Position numbers and translations under genes: made by a program
NCBI GenBank assembly: GCA_030141605.1
Contig: JAQGDQ010000085.1
Coordinates: 372,001-436,000 of the forward strand
DNA: 64,000 nt
From: Tubiluchus corallicola
Lineage: Eukaryota > Animalia > Priapulida
Reading direction: 5' to 3'
Part shown: one piece after another, positions 26,501-38,736 of the stretch
Layout: each line of letters begins with the position of its first letter
Numbering within the stretch: the first letter of the stretch is position 1
The notes under the pieces: model-generated
Database searches by the model: none
The model's input: the letters and a program-made list of their open reading frames with translations, nothing else
Told to the model about the DNA's origin: nothing

Positions 26501-29500
26501 TGTAAAAGACAAACACAGTAAACTAATCTTGGTGGGCCCTCGCAGCTTGGCTTCTTCCATTACCGTTGCGATGGTAACGTGTAGGCTGCAAAAAGTTTTG
26601 TTGCGCAAAATCCGAGAATGCGCATCCGGAATGCGATGAGAGATGGCCAATCTAGGTTGCGATCTTGTGAAGAACAGGAATTACTGAGCGGCCAGTATTA
26701 CTATTCAATTGTAAATAGTTTTTATTTTTTAAACGTATCTCGAAGCAAATAGGTTATTTTAACTCATTTCAGGGGATTTTTTAAAAACTTCACATCACTG
26801 TGAATATTGCTCCTAATTTTCATGTAAGGAATGTACCGTGAGCGTTTACTTTATAAAGCGTATGTAAACTTTTATTCTAGGAGGTAACAAAACTTAATTT
26901 CAAATTGCAGTTGGGTATTGTCAATATTGCAGGTATCGTAAGATCGTATATAAAATGTGTGCGATTTGTTCTCTTAATATGTGTCGACGTTGTTAAATGG
27001 GTCAAGAAAAACAAGTTTGCTTTTTTACGTTATGCATCCGTTTTGAGGCCTTTTACATTGACGAGTGGTCATCACTTCAAGAACACGTTAGTGCCACTAC
27101 ACACAAGAAAAAGAATCCCAATGATAATCGTAATCGGGTTTCATTTGACGGAGCAACGAATGTTCGAGTATTAAAAGTCATTTGTTATTTCGAATTTTGA
27201 AGGCTTTTGCGGCTCAACTTAGTTTATGTTGAGTTGTCATATGTTTTAACGAAATCAAAAGGAATAGCAGTTGATTTATTTGAAACATTTTTGCTTGAAG
27301 CGCCTGAGAAGGAAAATTACACATGCGTCGCTCAATAACTGGGATAGTACATTTATCATGTATAGCAAATATACACTAATTTTTTGCCGTTTCGCAATGG
27401 TTTATGAGTATTATGATATGTGTTTGCCATGTCCAATTTATAACCAGGTCATATAGTATTTGCTTAGCTTTAATAAATACTAGCTTAGCGTACGTCATTG
27501 ATCACACCACTTCGCTAGGACTAGATAGTTCGTTATAGTTTTTGTAGTGCCTAGCGGATCGTAAAATGTTGATGAAAATGCAAAGTTGTAAACGAACAAA
27601 AATCTCTCCGGAACCTCAAGCTTGTGAAAGAGCAGTTTTTCTTTTATTTGCCAAACACTTTAAGAGAGATCAATTTGTTTTCCAGTCCAAAACCAAATTG
27701 CAGTAAGTCACTGATGTAGTTTACTCCTTGCTAGTTCTAAATGCAGCACAGCTAACTTTACACTGCCTTTCTGTTCCTCTCTTCGCTATCTTTTTAAAGT
27801 AAACTACAACATCGGTTGTTTGCACCAGTCCAAAAACCGTTGTTTGGTCTTGGACTGGAAAATTAATTTCTCTTCTAAAGTGTTTGGATAAAGATAAAGA
27901 AATCCGTTTCTTCAAAAACGCGAAGTCTGGAAATTGTTTCTGTTCGTTCACAACGCTACATTTTGAATTATTTTCATCAGCACTTTACGATTTGACCATG
28001 CACTACAACATAGTACTTACACATCTGTATATTTTAATGACCGTTTCACACTAATAAGACAAGTGCGTACTGTAGGTCCTGAATAACTCGCTTAGCGTTC
28101 ACAAGGTTAATTTTGACTCTAGTTAGAGATCCGCTAAGTGCAAAAATGCAGAGAAATGAGGCCAATATCATCGGTATGATCTAAGTGATTTCAATTAGTG
28201 TCGTCTATAAAACAACCTGCAACTTGTTATTAGACAAAGAGGTGCCTTTTAGGAGACCATTTGTAACCTTAGAATTTCTTACTGGAATCTAAAGGCCGGT
28301 TTTACTTCCAACAGTTCAGGTTGCCATGACATGACAATAGGGCCTCTGACGCTGACAACATTGATGTTGTCTTTGTCGTCGGCGGTGATGCTGCTTATAG
28401 ACGACAGCATTCGAAGCTAAGTCAAATTTAGCTAACATTTAAATTTCGCTTTTACATCAAATTTCTCTCATAAATCCTTTCGCCTATCACGGAAAGCCAA
28501 TTTATGCATCCACTCAAAGAAAACCGGAAGCTTATTGTCACAAAAATCTGGTAACATGTTACTCTTTTTCATTTTTGTCATTACCAATGGGCTGAGTAAA
28601 TACGGGGTAAGCAAAGCACAAATTTACACCTTTTTTAGATTCACCAAATTTCCTATGCAAAGATCTCGGAGTAATTGTACAATTTCAGAGACAAGATGTA
28701 TACCGGAAACAGTTGTCTGTCACTCCAGCCATTAGACGTGAGATTCAGACGTCGATTTCTCTGTTTGCTGTTCCGTTTTTTTTTACATATCGCTCGAGAC
28801 TAATAGCATGTCAGCAGGGAGGAACCGAGAACTAGGTGAAGTGTGGTGTTTTTGTTGGACAAAGTGGACCAAGGCCATTTCCCTTTCTAGCTGCTGTGTT
28901 TATAAGGGCTCCGAGCAAGCTGTGGCCATATGATATTGAAAAGATTGCGTGTTTACAAACCCTAGTCGCCATTTCTATCAGGTAAATTGTTCCAGATCGC
29001 GCTATTTAGCTTTCTGCCCGGAATCATGTGTGTTTTTCTTAGCAGGAATGGAACATTGCCAAAAATTATATAAAAGTGTGTAAATGTCACGTGAAAGTGC
29101 AGTTTCCTTGACGGATCATTCTACTTGTTCTTCATCAGAGGTCTCCCCTCTCGTGACACCGTTTTCTCATTCAGTGGCTTCTCGGCCCTTGGTCCATCAG
29201 CAGACTACACACCGTTTCAGTTCTAATAAAGTCTCAGCTCATTGACCCTCAACTCACATTACTTCTAGTCTTTCGAAAAATCTTGCGATTTGTGCCGCCA
29301 CTAGTTTCTCAGTTCACTGTTCCATCAGCAAAATATAAACGCAAAGTTAATTTCTGGCTGCCCAAGAATGCACCAAGAATGAGCCTAAGAGGTCCATTGC
29401 TTAGAAGAGGACTCATGAATAACTTGTGAATTTTCAGGAAGCGTTGGACTTAGGAAGTGGGGTTGTTTTAGAGCTTATGATTTATAGTCACTTCCAGTGT

Positions 29501-32500
29501 TGCTGCACTAACGTAATATTATTTATTGACGATTCAGCACACTACCGTTTTACATTTTATTACAATACATGTTTTACAAATACAATACAATACATTACAA
29601 TGCCAAAAACTACACAAATAGAACCCCCTACATGGGGTATAATCGATATGTGGAGTATGCAAATTGCATATCTCATCAGTGCAGCAAAACTGGACGTGAC
29701 TGTAAAACATATCTTGTTGTATTATACATTGCAGAAATAAGAGGCTTTTTCATTGCAAATGTTCTTATATTTTGTGTTAAAATTTAATAAAACCTTTGTT
29801 CTTGATTTTTGCTAGATTGTTTTTTTTTTGCTTATTTAGTTCATCACATGGCATGAACATTACTGTTGTTGGTATAACCATGATATTTGTGTTATTAAGG
29901 TTAAGTAACATCATATTACTGCAGTGTTAAAGTAGCTTTGCCTGGATAACTTTTTGGCTGGTTGTTCCTTGGATACAAACGTTGCAGCAACTGTTTGTTC
30001 AGTGTCAGAATACTCCATCCTTCTCTGTTCTGTGTTATCACTGTGTGGAAAATTCTCTGCTATCAGCTAGGCTGTGTTATTCAATTATTGGCTTCTATCA
30101 CCAACTGTTGTGTGTGGTGGTTTCAAAAAGCCGATTTTCTGTAAACATTTTCCACCCATGTGGCGAACAGATTGTGGAACTCTGGGCGCCCATCTAGTTA
30201 ATAACAGCGGCATTAGTTAAATACGCCATTACGAAGCTAAGCAAATAACAACCGGCTAAATTTGTTTAACTTATTACTGCCAAGAAACTAGGGAATTATA
30301 GTCATGAGTGAAAGTTTTCAGTTTCTCTTCTATTCATTTGATACTGTAGAGTTCGTTACACTGTTACTCGTCATAGCGTGAGCTTTGATGTGGTAACCCA
30401 ATACATTAATGTGCCAAAATATATATTAATCTACACGTTTTCTTCCGTTAAGAAATTTAGCAATAGCTGTTGGTATGCATTGTAGTTACTTGTAAATTGA
30501 TGACTCTTTTACGTCTTATTATTAAATAATGTTTTGGGTCCAGTGAGTTCAGCACTATGTTTAGTTCACTATTGGTTTCCTCGTTTGTTTAGTTTTGGCA
30601 GTTTTAGGTTGTGTGGCAGGACCGGAATATATGTAATTGTCGAGAACAATCCACTGAGATGAGGCACTGGACCCTTATAGATGTGTAAGGAGCATTCGGG
30701 TGTGCACATATCCTCTGTCACAGAGAGAAATACAAAGAGGAATTGTTCAGAAGCTGTTTTCTCAGCTAGCTCGTTTCTACTTACTAACCAGGCCTGATGT
30801 TGCTTAAGTTCGTAGCCAAACACATACCATGACCATCCAGTTGTGAAATACGTTATACCCTTCAAAATGTCAATTCTTTGATCAGTGATAGATAACTGGC
30901 CTACTGTAAACCAGTGTTGTGTTTCCTACGAAAGCTATCAGTGACCTCAAACTAGAGCATATACGTGTCTTCGGAAAGTTAAAAGTTGAAACTGAAACTC
31001 GTTTGCTTGGTGCAAAGGCTTTTTCAGTCCTTGGTTGCCTATCCTGGCTGCTCAAAGAGGTCATTTCCATGTAACCTATACCTCTCAGCAACCTGTAGCC
31101 AGGCCACGAATGCACGACTATATTTGTACACAAACTGGCCACCAGATGCGAGATCTTCTAGATGGAAACTTCTTAAAGATGTGAAAGTCTTTAGCTTCAT
31201 TGCAATCGAAACTTTGCTGAAAAATTCTGCTGGATGATGAGTTAAACTGTTATATGAACTTGTAGCGGATATTGGAGTAAAAAACGGGGGAAACTAGCGG
31301 GCATAGGCACCGAAAACTCTGTGACATCCATGGTATGTGTTGCCGCATTTCCTTTTTTCTCCTCTGTAGTTGTAAGCAGTCGCAAACTGAGTATTAATTT
31401 ACAAGTAAATACGACACGTAATTTGTTAAATATTTGATCGTTTTGCACAACCCGAAAACAATAAATAACATATTACCATAATTTTGTGTGTTTTAACTTT
31501 AAACATGTAGACAGATTTATTGTTTATAACCTTAATACCAAGACAGCTATAAATAATGGAATATTATATTATATTATATTATATTATATTATATTATATT
31601 ATATTATATTATATTATATTATATTATATTATATTATATTATATTATATTATATTATATTATATTATATTATATTATATTATATTATATTATATTATATT
31701 ATATTATATTATATATTATATTATATTATATTATATTATATTATATTACATTACATTACATTACATTACATTACATTACATTACATTACATTACATTACA
31801 TTACATTACATTACATTACATTACATTACATTACATTACATTATTAAACATGATGTTCCAGAATTTCCTAAAATATTTTCCTATAATTAGCCTTGGCTGA
31901 AAAAGAGAATTTGAGGACGCCATTTGGATTAAAGGTCCAAAAGTTCGGTCAGTTTGTGATTACAATGGGTTGAATGGTCAAGTGTGGCTTATAAGCCTAC
32001 TTTTTAAACAAAGGTTTCTGTTCAAATCCAGGCTCAGTTTCAGTTTTTTCACATAATGTTCGTTTGATTGAAGATTTGTTTCAAAAATTAATTATAGCTG
32101 ATCTGTTAAATTATTTAGGGACATTATTATTTTCATTTGAAGTTGACGTGTTGTAAGAACTTTATTATAATTTTCTAAATATTTTTATTTATTTATTTTA
32201 TTTATTTTTAATAGATCTATGAACATTAGTCAAGAGATTTATATGTCTATTAAAAACATCATCGACAATGTATAGAGAGTAAAATTACAGTTATAAGTAC
32301 ACAATAGTACAATATAAACACTCAAATACGTTTCAAATTCAAATACTCAAAAAAAATAAATTAAAAGTGCAGGTAAAAAAAGAAAACTTGATTAGTGCGG
32401 TAAAATTGTATAATTATGGTAAAAAATTATATCTTCCATCATTTATTGGATCACACATTTTCTAGTAAATACCTTTTTAAAATTTTTTTACCGGCTTGTT

Positions 32501-35500
32501 TCAATTTAAGTTATTCCACATTATACATGACAGGATGTTTCATAACATTTGTTCTGCACTTAGGGATATAGGATTTGTGGTATTGTCGAGTTTGGTATGA
32601 ATACACACTACTATTATAATCGAAAAAATGGTGATACACATTAGGCAAAAAATTATTAACATAATATGTACATAAACAAGTTAGTTTGCATATCGACTAA
32701 CTTGGGCATTATCATTATTTTCAAATTTTTGAAAAGTTTGTCTGGGTGAGCTCTGTAATGCAAGTGCGTCATTAGAGGGATGAGCCTTTTTTGAACTTTT
32801 AATAATCTTTCTAAGGTATCTGCATGTGTATACGTACTGCAATAATCAAAGTAAGGATTCGCAAACGTTAAATATAGCTATTCATAAGTAGATAAATTTA
32901 AAATTTTATAACATTTTTTTAAAAATTCAAACTACTTTGCTAAGTTTTGAGATCAGCCAAAGATTTTTATCAGTAGTTTAGATCGTGACTTGAATCGTGT
33001 TCTATGAAAGTTGTAAGTTACTGAGTAGGAATATATCTTTAGAGTAAAGATAATTTGTGCAAGTGACATCTTTCGTAATCATATTTTTTCATGGACGTGA
33101 TGGACGTGTTACTTTGCACATTTCCTTGGTAACTAACTGTGCTATTACTCTCCTCCGATTCACACGGCGGCGGGGGTGTATCTGCGTGCTGGCATCCGAT
33201 TGGTTGAATAATGGCGTGATGAGATACGAAAAACTGCCTAAGCTCTAGGGTTGTGTCATAAATTACCCTTGTTCTGGAAAATAGCCGTTCTAGTTCGTTT
33301 GCACTTCCTGGCTGAATAAACTCAGCTAGATGTGCTAAGGGGTGTACACTAGTGCCATAAACTCATAAGATTAACTGTGAAGGTTAAGGCTGATGCTTTT
33401 ATGAAAGTTGATTGGAGCTGTTTTACTCGCGGCTTATTGTTGTTAATAATATCATGCAATAACTGTTCGGTTATAGCTGCCTGGTAAAAAAAGGCTTTGG
33501 AGTGATAGAATCGGAAGTTCGGCTTCCCTATTAATCAAACAAAATTATATATACATGTGTTGCGAGCTTATTAGCTGATAAACACTCTCCCTCTCGCTAC
33601 TGCATGTTCTATCAGTAGTTTTCAGATTACAAAGTAAAATTCTAATTAAATTATCAAGCGTGATTTGTTCCTCGTGAAAACGAAATTTATTTTAATTTAC
33701 TGTGTGTCATTCGGTTAATTGTTTTGGCGTCTGTGCTTTAAAAACGACTTCCTTGTCACAGCATATACACATTTACACATTAGACTTTTATATTGAATAA
33801 CATCGGTATTTGTGTGGACCGAGTAATTGTGCACATACTCGAGTACAAACAAATTTTCTCACTTTACTTACAGTCGCCGTGGTCTCGAATGTTAGTCTAA
33901 ACAGCCCCTCGTGAAAGGAAAACTAAACCTTGTAGAGATTAAGCTTTCTATTACAGTTAATTATGTGCTTATTAGTCATCAACTAAATTACTTTCGCACA
34001 TTGCTTTGCAAACTATAATTCTTGTGGCTAGTAATATATACTACTCGTATTAGAAATTTGACAACAGAATTAATTACTAACTCCTCATTTTTTGGTGGCT
34101 AGCGAATGTTTTTTTAACTTTTTTTATCGGTCATTAGTTGTTTTTGTTACAATTCGGACATCTTTTGACGGCCAACTACCCTTGACATTCGGTGACGTAG
34201 CATCAGTATTTTCATATCTTTGCTTATTTTCACTTAATTACTGCACGTTTTCTAAGAGTTCTGGAGTTTGCAGCTAATGTGGAGCAAACATTGACTCTAA
34301 ATAAACAATCTAATCTCTTTGTTTCAGCAATTATTATGTCGCTGAAACGCCTTGTGACCTGAAAATTTTATTTAGTACGTTTAGTATTATGATCAATAGG
34401 CATTTTTTATTTTATCTTTTCCAGTAGCCAAACATTTCATTTGGTACCTAAAAGTATGTTATTACTACAAATGTGAAACCAAACGTAGAAAGGTGTAGTT
34501 GTTATGTTAAAGCTCGCTTTTCTCTATCTCCAAAACGAACACTTTTATGTGTACGAGTGAAATTTTCCTTTGTTTCTGTTTCTTTGTTTTATTTTCTTTA
34601 GCAACTTGTTTGTCAAAACGGCATTTTATAATGTTTGCATATGTATCCATAGGTATATAAAACTAGGTATATATATTCTGTTAAATATGGAATGTGGCTC
34701 GTGCATACATGATTTACTGCGAGTATTTCTTGTTATTTTGCCCTCTTGTTGCACTTACACCGAATTATCTCAACTATATGCGTGGCCTACTTGTGTTATT
34801 AGAAGTCGCAGGGGCCATGTTAGCCAAATATGACAAAGTTTTCGTGGTTTTTGTAGAGCGTGTTTTTCTTTGGAGCAGGAGTCCTTCGATATATTGTTTA
34901 TCCCAAGTTCCTGAAGGACATGGGATAACTGCGACCTAGTTTGTCAGAATTGCTGGGTCACAAGCGTGCTTGTCCAAATCCCCAGAGTTGATGCGAGAAA
35001 AACTCTCATCATTAAAAGCTTGTAACTGCTTGTCATGTCAGTCAATTCAGTCTTGAATGCGCACGGTATTAATAAAATCGAAACAGGTTGAGAGGTGCTG
35101 TGAATTTTAATTAAGGCAAGGGTGATTAGTCACGAGCTTGCGTAAACCGCGAAGTGTTGATTAATATTTTAGTGTTAAATGTTCAATAGCTGTGGTCGTT
35201 CTGTTTGTGTATAGTTGCAATACGTTCATTCTAAGACGTTCAGCAGCAACTAATGTTGATCTAGTTAAAAAATGGTATTACGTTAATTCGTCCTATTTTA
35301 CAAAACTCATTTGCCACCTATATCACTGCTTCACAGTCTAAGGGTGTGCAAAATAATACTGCATAACGAGTATATACCGTATCAAAATGCACATGCTGAG
35401 TTAAAACTAGGATTACTGTCAGTTTAAAATTTCGAAGCAGATTGTAAAAGGTTCGAGACCCAGCAATTAATTCTAGCTTCAAGTGAACAAGCAGGTCTAA

Positions 35501-38500
35501 GATAGACTGTGAATAAACAAAAACATTTTCAAGAAAAAATGTAGACCTGCTAGATGTTATATGTCGCCTTTGCTATATTTAATCACTTTATTGAATGATA
35601 AAGATACAGTAATAGAAAAGCAAATGGAACGTTTTGAAAGGTTTAGTTAGAATTTTTTAATGATTGATTTGCATAACTTGTGTTTGCTCTTGATGCGCGA
35701 TGTTTCTTTCATACATATAAATAAAGTCTTTTAAAAGAAACTGAATGAATTGACTACAGTCAGTAAAAATATTTACAAATCATTCGCAAAAATCAAATAG
35801 AGTACTAAAAACTATTAAGGAGGCGTAATTAATACGAGGTTGAAGTAAAAATTAGTAATTTTATTTGTATGTCCTTTAGTTGGCTTTGGTTGCTGCCAGT
35901 TTAGTGCACACTTCACACTCCAGGATAAATGATCCATTTTTTTCATCTCTAAAGCAGTTGTTGACTGGTTAAACCAGGATTTCTGTGGCCATCGCTCGAC
36001 CCACGCTACTGGACTTGCCTGATGCTTCAACGTCCCGCGCATGCGCGATGTGACTGCGCGAAGGTGATGCAATCTATTCGCTAGCGTTATCAGCTGTTTT
36101 GTAAAGGCCGTGTGCAGTAGTAAACTTGTGTATTCACCCTCTGGTCTTCGACGTGTGATTATCGTTTTAGTTAGCCATATCATCGCATGTAGTAGCGTTA
36201 GCAGAGCAGTGAATTAGTTGTGCAGAGTTATGGAAATTTGCGAAGCTGAGTCTGATAATACTTCTATTCTTTACGAATATCAGAACTTGACGTTAGAACT
36301 TTTGCTAATTCTCAACACGAGTTACTTTTACTCGATATCGGGCGATTAACTTGAATCTGATTATCGTATTCGTTTTACGACATTCCACCAAAGGATTCGA
36401 GCAGTATTGTGATAATATTCATACAATTTCCGAAGTGAAAAAATCAAAACAGTGTCGTCAAAAGCACTTCAATGACCGCAGTCACCACTAGAATGCCAAC
36501 CTTATGTTTGGTGAACGTTATGCCGGGTAAGAATACCAAAAACTTGAAAATGAAAATCAAAGCAGGTGCAAAGAACGTGTCTCCTCAGCACACGCCCAAG
36601 AAGACGCCAATTCATTCGGAGAACGGTTTCGTCAATCACTCTATCCAAGAGGAGAAGGTGGTTGAGCATTGCCCGGAGATGACAGTCGACGGTTGGAAAC
36701 CGAGTAGATACATTCCGTCCAGCTACGCAAGGACACTGCCTCTTTATTACAGTCCTGAAAATAACTTCGATTTTAGGGAGTCGGAGGTATGTGCTACAAT
36801 TGTTGTTTTGACACACTTTTCTAGGATTTTTATAGTCTGTACACGCTTTCAAGCTTCAAGCTGTTCTATTAGGATCTTGAGATCAAGTGCTCTTACAAGA
36901 AAAGGGCAAAGGGGGTTTGTGTTCTAGATCTCGGACAAGAGTACGGCTTACTCACAAGTTTTTTCTTGTTTTTTAGATGTAGTCAAGTTTTTGCATTTTG
37001 ACCGTTCTGACTGGATGATGTAATAGGATTTTGTACTACTGTTCTGTTATAAGAGGAACTGCCAAACTGCGCGTATAATTATAGGCCATTAGCTGCAGGC
37101 GGTATTCAGGCTGTAGACATGCTTTGAGATGTTATAGAGTTGCGTCAGCCAAGCCAGTTTCGCACTGGTTCCTTCTAACAGCTCTAGAAAGAATATGTTT
37201 ACGATTAACCAGGGTCTTTTGTCTCTTTATTGTCCAAACTCTTCGCGTATTTGTGCATTGTTAGGAACTAAAAATAGGTACTGTCATTACCGGGTGATTG
37301 TCTTGTCCAGTGTCCATGAGGGAAATTGTGGTCAGGTTTGCTTGCCTTTGATGTAATAAAACGCTAGTTTAATGGGTCACTTTTCGACTTTGTTGACTGT
37401 TCTTGTCATGACCTATTATATAACTTATGTACGAGTATTCGAGATATATAATCCGATCGCTACTTATGTCACGTACACATTCTTTAATAGTCACGTATCC
37501 AAAAATGAGTAAGGCATGGAGCAGTTAATTGTGAGTGATGATGCAACAGGCGGCAGGATGTCTCTACGAGTACAGCATATGTTGTACATTCTTTCTTTAT
37601 GACATCATGGTTTTAGGACGCACTCGAATTCCGTTAGAATTTGTTAAAAAGAATATCATATTCCTTTTATTATAAACTCTGTACATTCCAAATAAAGCTG
37701 TTTATTGGGAAGACTATAAACTTAGCATCGAAATTTAAATAATGTCAAAGTTATAAATTGTCGTAGATGGTAATTTCACGTTTGCAACAACATTGACAGT
37801 TTTATTGATGCATAATGATGATATTTGATATATAAACAAGTCAACTAATGCTTTTAAATAAAACAATATTGATGTGTCACGTTACCAGTTTTTTAGTTAT
37901 ATCTCTCCAAGCTTCAGCTGATAAGTCACCGACCTTGAAGTAATTGAGATAGATTTGGCTTTGCCCTGTCATACGCACCCTCACACATGTGTGCTGTTGC
38001 CTTTCTGCTCATATGTTTATACATTTCTTGAGATGCAATAATGTTGCAATGAGTGATTCTGTTAGCTGCTACATCTGCGTATACAGTGGATATTTCTGTG
38101 ATGCAATAATGTTACAACGAGTGATTCTGTTAGCTGCTACATCTGCGTCTATACAATGGAAATTTCTGTGTAAAAGCAAACGTTTTGTCAAAGCCGTTGG
38201 TCACCTTCTTTATCACCATTATCTATCATTTTTATGGGATTTCGTGACTGCATGGTAGTTAGCAGTTTTCGTGATTGTTCGCTGTTAAGTTAATCGAAAT
38301 AATTACTCCTCACTCAAATAAAGTAATCATTAATTAGGAACCAATAAGGGAGGGCGCTTTAAGTTTACGTTGTACGCGAAACGGCATTTATAAGTAACTT
38401 AAGTGTGAACACGTGTTGAGAGTAAACCTTTTGTTAACCAAAGAGGTTCAAAACTGGAACTCTTGTGAGAAAACTATGAGGCACTGATGGCCTGAAGCTA

Positions 38501-38690
38501 AACATTCCAGTCTAGTGACGGGGAGAATAAAATGGTGCTTATGCCCACGCTTTCTTCCGATTTCTGTAGGTTTTTGAGAACATCGAAATCCGAGAATTAA
38601 AAGCCTACTCGAAGCGTCATTTTTGCAGCAGTTGCAGAGTGTAGAGTTCACATTGCTTATCACATAGGCCTTACTAGACGATAATAAGAT

Positions 38691-38736
<46 letters not shown>

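Noticed and set aside
17688-37124. Scattered p53 half-sites, FoxO GTAAACA and CTCF-like motifs
   Set aside because: No full p53 element was found, and such short motifs are expected by chance over tens of kb
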